A stretch of 64,000 nucleotides of DNA from Octopus sinensis (GCF_006345805.1 NC_042998.1:207638001-207702000), one strand, 5' to 3'. Positions 38,440-53,440 are shown, numbered from the stretch's first letter. Notes: generated from the letters alone by a model not told the origin. A program made the numbers and translations.

Positions 38440-38807
38440 TTATGACGAGGGTTCCAGTTGATCCGATCAACGGAACAACCTGCTCGTGAAACTAACATGC
38501 CAGTGGCTGAGCACTCCACAGACACGTGTGCCCTTAACGTAGTTCCCGGGGGGAGATTCAGCATGACACAGAGTGTGACAAGGCTGGCCTCTTTGAAATA
38601 CAGGTACAACAGAAACAGGAAGAAAGAGTGAGAGAAAGTTGTGGTGAAAGAATACAGTAGGGTTCACCACCAGCCCCTGTCAGAACCTCGTGGAGCTTTA
38701 GGTGTTTTCGTTCTATAAACACTCACCAATGACCAGGCTGGGAATCGAAACCTCGTTCTCACAACCTCGAGTCTGCTGCCCTAACCACTGGGCCATTGCG
38801 CCTCCAC
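38440..38807 (-). mobile_element. SINE family C head with family-D-type tail
   Basis: Head GTGGAGGCGCAATGGCCCAGTGG...GGTTTCGATTCCC; 38440-38610 matches the family D body at about 6730-6900. Confidence 0.8.
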
Positions 38808-39765
38808 GTAAGAATGTTTACACACATACAACAGATTTCTTTCAGTTTCTGTCTGCCAAATTTTCTCACAAGGCTTTGGTTAGCCTGGGGTTATGGTAAA
38901 CGTCTCTTGCTCTGGGTGCTATGCAAAGGGATTGACCTCTAGGCCACTTGGGTGGAATGTGAGCTTTCAAACTGGAAAGAAAATAGTGGAAATACAAGAC
39001 GAGAGGATACTCTAAGATCATCATCATCATCATTGTTCGACCGTGGTCGAGACTTTCATAGTGTTTTCAAATGGCTAACAATGTGTGCGCGCGCCACTAC
39101 TACACACATTGGAAAGCATTGTACAACCAAGTACTAAAGAAGATCTTTCCTCCTCCATGAAACAAAGCTGTTCCCCCTGGACGTCAACCCAGTATTTCTA
39201 AGCTACGGACCGAGTGATTTATTGTAAGGTTATCTCCCTAGACAGATTGCCTTCACTACGGCTAAGGAGCCCTTTCTAACCCATTCTACTCTAAGATACT
39301 GACCCGGCAACTAAAGTGAGATCGCAGCCATGCATGCCTGGCCCAGTTAAGAGTACCCTTGATGCGTCAGGCGATATATACTTGAGAAGACCTGTTGAGT
39401 CAAGTAAAACCAATATCGTAGCTGTGGCCAGTGCCCTCTCACTGGCTTCTGTACTGGTGGCACGTAAAAAGCACCATCTGAATGTGGTCGATGCCAGGCC
39501 CACCTGACTGGCACTCATCCCGGTGCCACGTAATAAACACTATCCAAACGTGATTAATTCCAGGCCCACCTGACTGGCCCTCATGCCTGATGGCACGTAA
39601 AAAGCATCCACTACACTGATGAGTGGTTGGCATTAGGAAAACATTGCCCGATCTGATTGGAGCCTGGTGCAGCCTCCTGGCTTTCCAGACCTCAGTCAAA
39701 CCGTCCAACCCATGCCAGCATGGAAAACGGATGTTAAACGACGTCGACGATGATGATGATGATTA

Positions 39766-40129
39766 TCTTTATATATAAAAGTGAGGTTGTGAGCTGTCTG
39801 TCTCCTACGATTTAGATTCCTAACTACTCCCACATTTTGCGGTGTAGTTTAACCAAAACCGGGTATCTTATAGTCGTCATTCATATCGAGCCCTTCTGGG
39901 TATTAGCGTGCGTCTACGATGAGTCTACGATTTAAAAAAAAATTACCATCATTTTTTTCCCATTTTAATGCCTTTTTTCGCTATTATATAAGGGAAGTAA
40001 CTCTCTAAAAATGTCTACGTTGAGTCAACGATTTAAAAAAAAATTTACCATAATTTTTTTTCCATTTTTAATGCATTTTTTGCTATTTTTTGGCTATAAC
40101 TCTCTGAAAATGCCGGGCGATACTGCTAG
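39766..40129 (+). mobile_element. Non-autonomous Helitron
   Basis: A|TC 5' end (TCTTTATATATAAAAG), 3' GCCGGGC...CTAG|T; internal direct repeat of about 100 bp. Confidence 0.75.
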
Positions 40130-40189
40130 TTTAAAATATAATCTTATTATGTTCAAATAAACCAAACAATTTTTCTATATTCCCAACAG

Positions 40190-40459
40190 GTTAAGAATTT
40201 CGAGAACCATGCTGCTGAGATTTTAGAATCGGCCAAATCTGACTCAAAACTCATAACACAAACGATGGATGCTAACGCCAGTTTTACTGTGGAGACTGCT
40301 CGAATTACAGGATTGAAAAACCTTTATTCAACTCTCAATCTGACCGATATGAGACAACGAAATAAGTTTGATTATCTTCGCTCTTTACAAAAAGTTAATG
40401 ATTTGCGCTTAACAATTGGTTATAATCAAAAGATTTCTGGTTCATTCCCCAGGGTTTGA
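40190..40459 (+). CDS. Exon 7 (terminal coding exon) of SPFH/Band-7-like gene; helical/coiled-coil tail
   Basis: ttcccaacag| VKNFENHAAEILESAKSDSKLITQTMDANASFTVETARITGLKNLYSTLNLTDMRQRNKFDYLRSLQKVNDLRLTIGYNQKISGSFPRV*; TGA at 40457-40459. Confidence 0.88.
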   Translation, partial: VKNFENHAAEILESAKSDSKLITQTMDANASFTVETARITGLKNLYSTLNLTDMRQRNKFDYLRSLQKVNDLRLTIGYNQKISGSFPRV

Positions 40460-40641
40460 GATTTTTTAAAGTTGAGCTTATCACTGCCAATCGATGTTTA
40501 TTATTATTATTTTTTTTTTGTTATTTGTTTATAATTTAATGTATTTTCATGAAGAATATTAATGCAAAGTGTAACACTGATTCTGGAGAGTAAAAGCCAG
40601 GGATGACCCTAATGCCAAACATTTGTAGAATTAACATCAAG

Positions 40642-40647
40642 AATAAA
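40642..40647 (+). terminator. Candidate polyadenylation signal of the SPFH-like gene
   Basis: AATAAA about 180 nt after the stop codon. Confidence 0.35.
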
Positions 40648-41101
40648 AGAGTGAAAAAAATCTTTTTAAATATCTTCGTTTGTTTTGTGAACTTTTTTTT
40701 AACAGTTGAGACGATGTAAAAATTGTTTGCCAACATAACATGGCAGTCCTGGGTTAGGACGAATGTTGCTGTAGTTCAGCCCCAGGAGACATCGTCTCCG
40801 GCTGGGTATACGACACGATCTGTGGCCTTCTATTTTTGAACAAGGGCACAGATCATGTCGTATAGCCAGCTGGAGACGATGTCTCCTGGGGCTAAATTAT
40901 AGCAACATTTGTCCTAAACCAGGACTGCCGTGTTATGTTGACAAACAATCTTTTCTCCAAAGTACTGTTGCTGAATATCTCTCGTTGTGAGATTTACAAA
41001 CAGTTTTCAAAGTGACAACTAGTCACTGATCTATAAATTAGAAAATTATTATATTTCGAATGGGAATTTGGCAGCGCCACCTCTAGCCGAACAATTATTC
41101 C

Positions 41102-41140
41102 GTGCTGACGAAGGGAAATAACCCGGAAATCGCGATACAC
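41102..41140 (+). ncRNA. Minimal type-I hammerhead-like motif
   Basis: GUG CUGACGA A GGG-AAAUAA-CCC G GAAA UCGCGA UA CAC; stem III AUCGCGAU is a perfect palindrome; AUA triplet ending at 41137. Confidence 0.65.
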
Positions 41141-44100
41141 AGATATTGTTTTGAGCTGAGTGGGGGTGCTAGATTCCCTTGTTCGAAAATATAAGGACAC
41201 AGATCATGTCGTGTAGCCAGCTGGAGACGATGTCTCCTGGGGCTAAATTACAGTAACATTCGTCCTAAACCAGGATTGCCATGTTATGTTGGCAAACAAT
41301 CTTTTCTCCAAAGTACTGTTGCGGAATATCTCACGTTGTGAGATTTGCAAATAGTAATTTTCTAAGCTGGGATGATGTCAGCACACCAGAGTTGAGAGAG
41401 GGAGAGAGAGAGAGCTCTCCATCACCATATACCACAATGGCATGATTTGACTGGAAGAGTCTGCAATCCTTGAGATAAGGGATTCTTGCAGGGGGAGTGT
41501 TTTTGCCAGGAGACTCGCAAACGTTTTACTGGTCTCAGGTGCAATGAACTGTTTTCAGATTTCTCAAGGACGTGGATCCAGCTCTTTAGGTGCATGTCTA
41601 AGTGGTTTGGATATCCAGCTTACAATCGGAAGGCCATGAGTTCGATTTCCGGCAATGCGTTGTGTCCTTCAGCAAGATTCTTTATTTCACTTGCCTCCAC
41701 TCCACTTAGCTGGCAAACATGAGTTGTACCTGTATTGTTTTCTACTCTAGGCACAAAGCCCGAAATTTTGAGGGAGGGGGCCAGTCGATTAGATCGACCC
41801 CAGTACGTAACTGGTACTTAATTTATCGACCCCGAAGGTATGAAAGGCAAGGTCGACCTCGGCGGAATTTGAACTCAGAACGTAACGGCAGACGAAATAC
41901 CTATTTCTTTACTGCCCACAAGGGGCCAAAAACAGAGAGGTCAAACAAGGACAGACAAACGTAACTGGTACTTATTTAATCGACCCCGAAAAAGGATGAA
42001 AGGCAAAGTCGACCTCGGCGGAATTTGAACTCAGAACGTAGCGGCAGACGAAATACCGCTTAGCATTTTGCCCGGCGTGCTAACATTTCTACCTGTTCGC
42101 CACCTTAATGAGTGGTACCTGTAATTCAAAGGGCCAGCCTTGTCACACTCTGTGTCTTGCTAAATCTACCTGAGAACTACACTGATGCTACTCATGTCTG
42201 AGTCTCTCTGAATCTCTCTGAGAACTTATGTTAAGGGTATGCCTGTCTGTGGAGTACTCACCCATTTATACGTTAATCTCGCAAGCTGATTGTTCTAGTA
42301 ATCAGATCAAGTGGAACCCTCATCGATGCGACCGATGGAATTCTAGTTTTTTAAAATTATATTTTTAAAGCCTTACGGATGGTCATCGAAGGCGAGGAAA
42401 TCAAAGTGTTGGAGAAGAGAGCCCTTAACGACTGTTGCTATCTTTAAAATTGTCGAATGTAAGATAGAACGATAGTTTGGTGAGACCAGAGGATTCGTTT
42501 TCAATTTTTTTTCTTCAGAATGGGACACTAGCATACTTCCAAAGACTTAGGAAGAGAAAAAGGTTGAAGCGATGGGAGAAAACGACTCGAAAGTCCAGTT
42601 AGACTTTTCAGTTTTTTCCATTTTCAAGAAGTTCACACATCAATTTCTATATATATACTCGCCCTTTGACAAGAGGCAACTACCTCGAAACTGCGGTCCG
42701 TGAGTATCACTTAGGCTTACGAGAAAGGGATGACCTCTCTTTGTAAATACCATAAGGGCACAGATAGTGTGCCTAAAGCCAGCTGGAGACGATGATCTCT
42801 TGGGGCTAAAAGCTACAGTAACACCCACCCTTTGTGGTTAGCCATATTGAGATGGCTATTACACTTATATACTCTGTTACCCAGCAATTAAATTATACCT
42901 TTTGAGATATTCTGCACTTTTTTTGAGATATTCTGCACTTTTTGCAATCAATAATCTTCAACTTCTTCTCATATATGTAGATTAAGATTCCTGCCTGCAT
43001 TCTGGTTCTATTATAATTTAATTTTAGTAATTTTCGAGCAACTTATTAAATGTAAAATTTCTGAATGGCCGCCAGCTTCTCGGGTTGAACAGTATTTTTT
43101 AATTATTTTCATAAATGAATAACAACATAAAATAAATCTAGTTTTATTTTCAATGATTCTGCATTGTGGGATGTAGTTTGTGTGTGTGTGAGGAAGCTGG
43201 TACTTTTAACGATACAGTAAACCCTCGCCATATCCTGGTTCACCTATCACGCCCTCACTACGTTGCAGATTTATATTTATTTGTTTATTGCCCACATTGG
43301 GGGCTAAACATAGAAGGGACAAACAAGGGACAGACAAAGGGATTAAGTCGATTACATCGACCTCCAGTGCGTAACTGGTACTTATTTAATCGACCCCGAA
43401 AGGATGAAAGGCAAAGTTGACCTCGGCGGAATTTGAACTCAGAACGTAACCGAAGACGAAATACCTATTTCTTTACTACCCACAAGGGGCTAAACACAGA
43501 GGGGACAAACAAGGACAGACATAGGTATTAAGTCGATTACATCGACCTCCAGTGTGTAACTGGTACTTAATTTATCGACCCTGAAAGGATGAAAGGCAAA
43601 GTCGACCTTGGCGGAATTTGAACTCAGAACGTAGCGACGGGCGAAATACCTATTTCTTTACTACCCACAAGGGGCCAAACACAGAGAGGACAGACAAACG
43701 GATTAATCGATTATATCGACCCCAGTGTGTAACTGGTACCTATTTAATCGACCCCGAAAAGGGGAAAGGCTAAGTCAACCTCGGCAGAATTTGAACTCAG
43801 AACGTAACCGAAGACGAAATACCGCTGAGCATTTCGTCCGGCGTGCTAACGTTTCTGCCAGATCGCCGCTTTAATCAATTTTAATATTGGACGGTTATGC
43901 CTTCAGGAGGTAGACTGACGATCCACGAGGTCTTTATTGATCCCGATCGTATTGATCTTATTGATCACTCACGCTTTCACGAGGCCGAAAATTGTTTATC
44001 AAAATTTAAAGCCCTCGAAAGTAGGAATCTATCCGGGTAACTATACATCTACCCATCAATCCAATCTGCCACCCGCTTACTCATCTGCCCGCCCGTTATT

Positions 44101-44193
44101 GTTCCGTTAAGCCATGTATCAACTCCACAACGCATCAGTCATCATATTTGTCGTTGTCGTCGTCATCTTCTTTCTCTTTCACACTCTCTCCCG

Positions 44194-44224
<31 letters not shown>

Positions 44225-44228
44225 CACA

Positions 44229-46068
<1,840 letters not shown>

Positions 46069-46261
46069 TGCGGGGACAAACACACACACACACACATATA
46101 CGACGGGCTTCTTTCAGTTTTCATCTACCAAATGGCTTTGGTCGGCCCGAGGCTATAGTAAAAGACACTTGCCCAAGGTCCCACGCAGTGGGACTGAACC
46201 CGGAACCATGTAATTGTAAGCAAGCTACTTACCACACAGTCACTCCTGCGCCTATATATAT

Positions 46262-46330
<69 letters not shown>

Positions 46331-46390
46331 TATATAGAGAGAGAGAGAGAGACACACACACCCAAATATATACATACATATATATATATA

Positions 46391-46691
46391 TCACGTGATC
46401 GACCAGACCATCAGGTGTTGTTACACATCGCTGGTCACAATGCGTTCGCATTGTTTTAGCCTTCGAATGACGCCACCCCGCTGGCTAAGCGAGCAGGCCA
46501 ACAGAAGAAAGAGTGAGAGAAAGTTGTGGCGAAAGAGTACAGCAGGGATCACCACCATCCCCTGCCGGAGCCTCGTGGAGCTTTAAGGTGTTTTCGCTCA
46601 ATAAACACTCACAACGCCCGGTCTGGGAATCGAAACCGCGATCCTACGACCGCGAGTCCGCTGCCCTAACCACTGGGCCATTGCGCCTCCA
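46391..46691 (-). mobile_element. SINE family C with a second tail type
   Basis: Same head/core as 38611-38807; tail GTTGGCCTGCTCGCTTAGCCAGCGGGG...CACGTGA(TA)n. Confidence 0.85.
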
Positions 46692-46697
46692 CACACT

Positions 46698-46730
<33 letters not shown>

Positions 46731-47174
46731 TCATATATATTATATGTATGTATAAGTTAAATGATGTCAGACAATCATCTCATTTCTACTGTCAGTTCTC
46801 CTCCCCTCCTCTCCTCCCCTCCTCCCCTCCCCTCCTCCCCTCCCCTCCTCCCCTCCTCTCCTTCTCCCCCCACCCCTCCCCCCATCCTCCTCTTCTTCTT
46901 CTCTGATTTACTAACAACAAATTAACCAGAGTTCACCTGTAATTACGCACATTCTATTATTTGTCTGTAGCCGAGGGCTAAAACTGCCAGACCTTTTAAC
47001 GGAAAAACACTTTCCATGTTGCCAACGTCCACCGCGGCTCACTTGTTTACAATAATGTACTCTTGCTGGTCAATAGGCTTCTTAATACAGTTGAGAATTT
47101 CAATTTTCTCCTATCATCATCTAAATTAGGTGTGTGTATGTGTGGTTATATTGATGCGTGTGTATTATATATGC

Positions 47175-47216
<42 letters not shown>

Positions 47217-47299
47217 ACATGGTGTTAAAACGTTACATAGATTTAATAGCAGTATTAATGCCAAGGGCTAATCTTTATCTCCGTCTAAAAGTGGATGTT

Positions 47300-47800
47300 T
47301 TGTTAGAACACTGAACACAACGTTGTTTACATTGGGAAGACCCCCTCCCCTGCTCCATGCGAACGCGTCGCACAAGGCCCTGTCCTGGGTCCGCTCCTTT
47401 TCGCTGTTTACAGCAATGGCATTGTTGACGTTATCAAACACAGCAGGATAAGAATTTCCGAGGATGATTCGAAGCTTCTGAAGGTCATTGACAGGACAGG
47501 AAACCGGATTGATCTCTAATCGGATGCACTCCCTGTTATCCAATGGGCGGGGGAAATAAAGAAACATATTGTGCAGCTAAACGAGGATAAATTCGAATTA
47601 ATGCACTTTGGTGAAGAGTCTGCACCTGAGCTGCTGCACACTCTTCCCTTCAGTATTGTTCCCCTTTCCGATTCCGTAACGCCCAAGCACATTCCAAGCG
47701 CCATAGTCCCTACCATCATGTGCATTAAAGTCACCAAGCGCAACCGATTTCTCATTCAAAGGGACTGACAGAATACTTCTTCTAAGCTCCTCATAAAACG
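47300..47800 (+). mobile_element. CR1/L2/Jockey-like LINE RT fragment, degenerate
   Basis: VAQGPVLGPLLFAVYSNGIVDVIKHSRIRISEDDSKL (GVPQGSVLGP and ADD motifs) ...QLNEDKFELMHFG. Confidence 0.78.
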
Positions 47801-47984
47801 CATGGATATTTTCCTCACAAGCTCAAAGTGTAAGAGCATAAATAGAGAAAACAGTTGCAAAACGTCCACAAGAAAGAGGCATCCGGGCTTTCATTATGCG
47901 TGTATTTATGCTTTGTTCTTAGCTTTTTAGCAAATCGCTTCTATTTGCAAACCCAACACTACCTTCCTTTTTTTCTCTCTTCGG

Positions 47985-48960
47985 CTTCCCAACCCAGAAT
48001 TATATGAAATCTGCCGCTCTTTCGACAAGAAGATCTTCATCTGAACAACTTGTTTCAGAAAGAGCTGCAATATCAACATCAAGACACCTTAGCTCCTTAG
48101 TTACCAGAGCTGTTCTTCTTTCAGGCCTCTCTGCTCGATCTAAAAGGGTCCTCACACTCCAGCAGGCGAGGTTAAGAGAAACCGTATTCCTTGCACACTT
48201 GTTATCATTGTTTCTATCAATTCTTTGTTCATTCTTGCTAAATTGAACGACCGTTCGCCGCAGTATGCTAACCAGAAGAGTGACGACAGACAATTTTTAG
48301 TGCACCTTTTCTAGCACCTTCCCAGCATATCCAGGTGAGCAGTGTTCTCCTTAAAAGGGCTGCTCAGATACAGGATTTTCCACGGAAAACCGTTCCTGTC
48401 CATGAAAACATGTTAGCGATGTTAAGACAAGAACCCTGCCGCCTTATGCGCAGATTTGTAACTGTATGCTTCCAACCGGTCAAGTCTGCATAAGTCGCCA
48501 TAGAACTTTGGAAAAGTGATGATTGTACGATGATGGTGTTTCGTCGGGGACATCTGTACTTCATTGGATTTCAGTGACAAACGCTCGTACAACACTTTTG
48601 CTACTCTCTGGGTCAAAACGGTAGATTCCAGTGACAAGCAAAGCAACATGACTAATACCAAGTTGACTGCAGGTTTTATATCGGAGTACCTTCTCCTAGG
48701 CTTTTCCTCAAAAGGATACTGCAAGCCAGCAGTGGTAAATCAATTTGAATTCAGAGCTTTATTCTCCTGTACTGGTTGTCCTAATCACAGCTTGGTTTCA
48801 AAACAGGAGGCCGTTCTTGCCCCATCAACAGTCGTGGCTTTGACAGTGCAGCCATTTAAGGGACTGTCATAACTATGATACCTGGGTTTATGACAGAGTG
48901 TCCCTCTCCTGGAAGAGTTGCCTTCGACCACGCTAATGAGCCTCATCTGTGCCCCACCCC
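47985..48960 (-). mobile_element. 5' end of an RTE (Bov-B-like) LINE: 5'UTR and start of the AP endonuclease
   Basis: LNLACWSVRTLLDRAERPERRTALVTKELRCLDVDIAALSET. Confidence 0.85.
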
Positions 48961-49003
48961 TAAAATATATACATATGTACACATTTAAATATATAAAATG
49001 ATA

Positions 49004-49308
49004 AACGTCGCCCCTTTCAAGCCTAGCCAGGCCCATGGGCCCGGTTTCCCGGTTTCTGTGGCGTATGTGTTCCCCCAGCTGGACGGGACGCCAGTCCATC
49101 GCAGCGTTACTCAAGAAACAGGAAGAGAGAGTGAGAGAAATTTGGGGCGAAAGAGTATAACAGGGGTCACCACCACCCCCTGCCGGAGCATCGTGGAGCT
49201 TTTAGGTGTTTTCGCTCGATAAACACACACAACGCCCGGTCAGGGAATCGAAACCGCGATCCTCTGACCGCGAGTCTGCTGCCCTACACTGGGCCATTGC
49301 GCCTCCAC
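49004..49308 (-). mobile_element. SINE family C with a third tail type
   Basis: Same head/core; tail GCGATGGACTGGCGTCCCGTCCAG...AGAAACCGGGAAACCGGGCCCATGGGCC. Confidence 0.85.
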
Positions 49309-49655
49309 ATTTATATATAATTTGACATTTTTTACAATTTAAAAAAAATTTTTAATAAAAATAAATAGATAAATAAATAAATTCACATTTAAAAATAAAA
49401 ATAAAATAAAATAAAAAAGATATAAATATATACTCTTTTTTCTTTTACTCTTTTACTCTTTTACTTGTTTCAGTCATTTGACTGCGGCCATGCTGGAGCA
49501 CCGCCTTTAATCGAGCAACTCGACCCCGGGACTTATTCTTTTGTAAGCCCAGTACTTATTCTATCAGTCTCTTTTGCCGAACCGCTAAGTAACGGGGACA
49601 TAAACACACCAGCATCGGTTGTCAAGTAATGCTAGGGGACAAACGCAGACACACA

Positions 49656-49695
<40 letters not shown>

Positions 49696-50263
49696 CGACG
49701 GGCTTCTTTCAGTTTCCGTCTACCAAATCCACTCACAAGGCTTTGGTCGGCCCAAGGCTATAGTAGAAGACACTTGCCCAAGGTGCCACGCATGTGGTTG
49801 GTAAGCAAACTACTTACCACACAGCCACTCCTGCGCCTTTTATACTTATATAAAAGATATATAAAAAGCAAAAGATAAACAATATAAAATATATGTAAAA
49901 AGGATATATAAATATAACACACACACACACGCACACACACATGTACACATAATGTTGGATGGTCGCTGATTATACACGAGCCCTTCCGCTCTTTGACAGG
50001 TCTTATTTTTCGTCCCGCAGGGTGTCCAACAGTCATCCTCTTCGCCAAGGAAGCTTGATGGGGTCGCCAGTTTAGTCGCCGACGACCATGTGACAGGTCG
50101 TACCGAGTTACATGTTACCAGAGCGCTCAAGGGAGACCTGACATAATACACACATGCATATAATCTATATACACATATACATACATGTATACATACGCAT
50201 ATATGCACAGACATAAACACACGCACACACACACAGATACATGTGTATATATATATATGAATA

Positions 50264-50309
<46 letters not shown>

Positions 50310-50430
50310 TACAAATACATACATAGATACATACATACATATATATATACATACATACCTACATACATATGCACACACACACAGACACATATATACACAC
50401 ACACACATACACACACACACACATACACAC

Positions 50431-50503
<73 letters not shown>

Positions 50504-50524
50504 AGAGACAAGAGAAAGAGAGAG

Positions 50525-50559
<35 letters not shown>

Positions 50560-50569
50560 TAGAGAGAGA

Positions 50570-50960
50570 GAGGAGTGTATTGAGGCTCGGAATCCCGTGA
50601 TTTTCGTTCTGATGGCGAGGTCATGGCTGTGTGACGTGGGTGTTGTATCGAAGAGACATGAAAAAAACCCCCCAAAACAACGAACATCTCCAAAAGCACA
50701 AACTTGGCACAACTATGTGTATTCGACAGAAGGACACACGCACTTCCAATGAAGGGGTTCTGCTCCAGGTTGGGCGGCTCAGCATTGTAGCTACAATGGC
50801 ACGACACCGCCTCCGCTGGTCAGAGTATGTCATACGTACACCACAAACGCGCCTTCCCCGTCAACTCGTCTTTGCGGGGTTGGATTCAGGCACCGGCACC
50901 CTTCGCACCCCATCAAGATGAAGAAGCTCGACCACTGGAGACAGATCTGCTCCTCGGATA
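50570..50960 (+). mobile_element. RTE (Bov-B-like) LINE 3' coding fragment
   Basis: EGVLLQVGRLSIVATMARHRLRWSEYVIRTPQTRLPRQLVFAGL. Confidence 0.75.
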
Positions 50961-52340
50961 CCAGTTGACGCCGCCACCGACGACGACACACACGATGGGC
51001 TTCTTTCAGTTTCCTTATTTCTTTATTGCGCACAAGGGGCTAAACATAGAGAGGACAAACAAGGACAGACAAACGGATTAAGTCGATTACATCGACCCCA
51101 GTGCGTAACTGGTACTTAATTTATCGACCCCGAAAGGATGAAAGGCAAAGTCGACCTCGGTGGAATTTGAACTCAGAACGTAACGGCAGACGAAATACCT
51201 ATTTCTTTACTACCCACAAGGGGCCAAACACAGAGAGGACAAAGAAGGACAGACAATCGGATTTAGTCGATTATAGCGACCCCAGTGCGTAACTGGTACT
51301 TATTTAATCGACTCCGAAAGGATGAAAGGCAAAGTCGACCTCGGCGGAATTTGAACTCACAACGTAACGGCAGACGAAACACCGCTACGCATTTCGTCCG
51401 GCGTGCTAACGTTTCTGCCAACTCTCCGCTACTTTCAGTTTCCGTCTACCAAATCCATTCCGAAGGGTTTGGTCGGCCAGAGTTTACAGCAGAAGACACC
51501 TGCCCAAGGTTCCGTGTTGGTTGGGAAGCAAACTTCTTGCCACACAGCCACGCCATGTAGTAATGTGTGTCTGTGTGATAAAAATCTGAAAACCGATGCG
51601 TTCATTATAATTCTTTCAGTTTCGGTGACATAATACGATCGATTAAGCAATTGATAATAAAACACAACCACAAACAACTTCATAAATCTTACTGGGAGAC
51701 ACCCGTCGGCAAAGATCCGTTACAAAGGTTACGCAGTAAGACTCCTCGGAGATATGCAAGTACTTTATCAATCTCAGTTTCAAACAAGAATCTCACAAAA
51801 CTACTGTTTATACAAAATAAAATATTAAAAAAATGAGAGACAGCGAAACAACGGCGAAGTCACTAAAATGAGATAATTGAAAAATTGAAAAAGATAAACA
51901 AAGAAATTATTGATTAAGATTGAACTTTACAATAGGATTCATAATTTAGGGAGTTCTGTAGAATTGTGTGTGATAACAATACTAAAGCATGATTGATCAC
52001 TTATTAGAAATGATCGAATAACTTCGATGTTAATAGATTTGATTTATTGGTTTTGATTTTAATAAAATAGTTTTGAGTTCGATGTTTTTGATCTTTGCTT
52101 TTTTTTACTGTCTTACGAGGAAAAGGAGAGAATTTAGGAATGGAAGATTCGACCATATTGGCAGAGCATATACATACATACATACATACATACATACATA
52201 CATACATACATACATACACACATACATACATACAAACATACATACATACATACATACACACATACATACATACATACATACATACATACATACATACATA
52301 CATACATACATACATACATACATACATACATACATACATT

Positions 52341-53060
52341 AGCTGCCCAGTGGATGTTAAGATAAAGCTGAAGATCAGTGAAAAAGAGAACACCTACGGC
52401 TGAACTATTGATAAATCTGCAGTTACTCTATCCAGATTACAAGTTGATGTTTATACCTGTAATTATCGGGATCCTGGAATATGTAACACACTGCCTAGAT
52501 ACCAACCTTGAGAAATTAGGCTTCTCAAAACCAGAAAGGAGAAAGCTAATTCGAAGACTACAGGTCCAATCCATCAATGGAACTGTAAGAATCTGTAAAA
52601 CTTTCCAGAAGTTTATCACTTAAGTATATATGAGCAGGTCTAGATATGCAACTATATGCATTAGAATACATACATAAGACAAAACATACAAATCTGAACA
52701 TATACATACATACATACATACATACATACAAACAAAAATACTCTGTTGTTGATGTTGAAATTCCAATGAAGGAGCCTTGGATCTAGGTTAGAAACCGGCT
52801 CTTTCTCTATTGGCAAAAAATCTTGAAATAAACTGAATAATGACATACATACATACATACATACATACATACATACATACATACATACATACATACATAC
52901 ATACATACGTACGTACGTACATACATACATATATACATACATAGAAATATACCCTGTTGTTGATGTTGAAATTCCAATGAAGGAGCCTTGGATCTAGGTT
53001 AGAAACCGGTTCTTTCTCTATTGGCAAGAAATCTTGAAATAAGACTGAACAATTAAACAC
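52341..53060 (+). mobile_element. REL-type LINE 3' fragment in (TACA)n with duplicated tail
   Basis: SCPVDVKIKLKISEKENTY..LLINLQLLYPDYKLMFIPVIIG; tail repeated at about 52725-52840 and 52940-53060. Confidence 0.8.
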
Positions 53061-53440
53061 ACACACACATATAAATATGTTAATACATATCACGATAAAT
53101 GGAATATGCGAGACATTTACTCTGCATAACGACCGTTTCGACCCATCTTGCATCGAGTCCTCGCGGTTGGGATACTGTTTTATCTTTTATCTACACAAAA
53201 GAAAACCCAATATTTAAAAAGAAAGCAAAAAAACTGTTCCAGTTGCATCCAGTTGTCAATGATCATGTTTGTCTTATAATTCATTTTTGTAATTATTCAT
53301 TTACACATTATATACTCATTTGTGGTGTGTGTGTTGTGTGTGTGTGTTTGTGTGTATGTGCGTGGAGGCGCAATGGACCAGTGGTTAAGGCAGCGGACTC
53401 ACGGTCGTGCGATCGCGGTTTCGATTCTCAGATCGCGCGT

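Noticed and set aside
43915-43992. CTGACGA ... CCGAAA
   Set aside because: The intervening sequence does not form stem II, and there is no stem III/NUH
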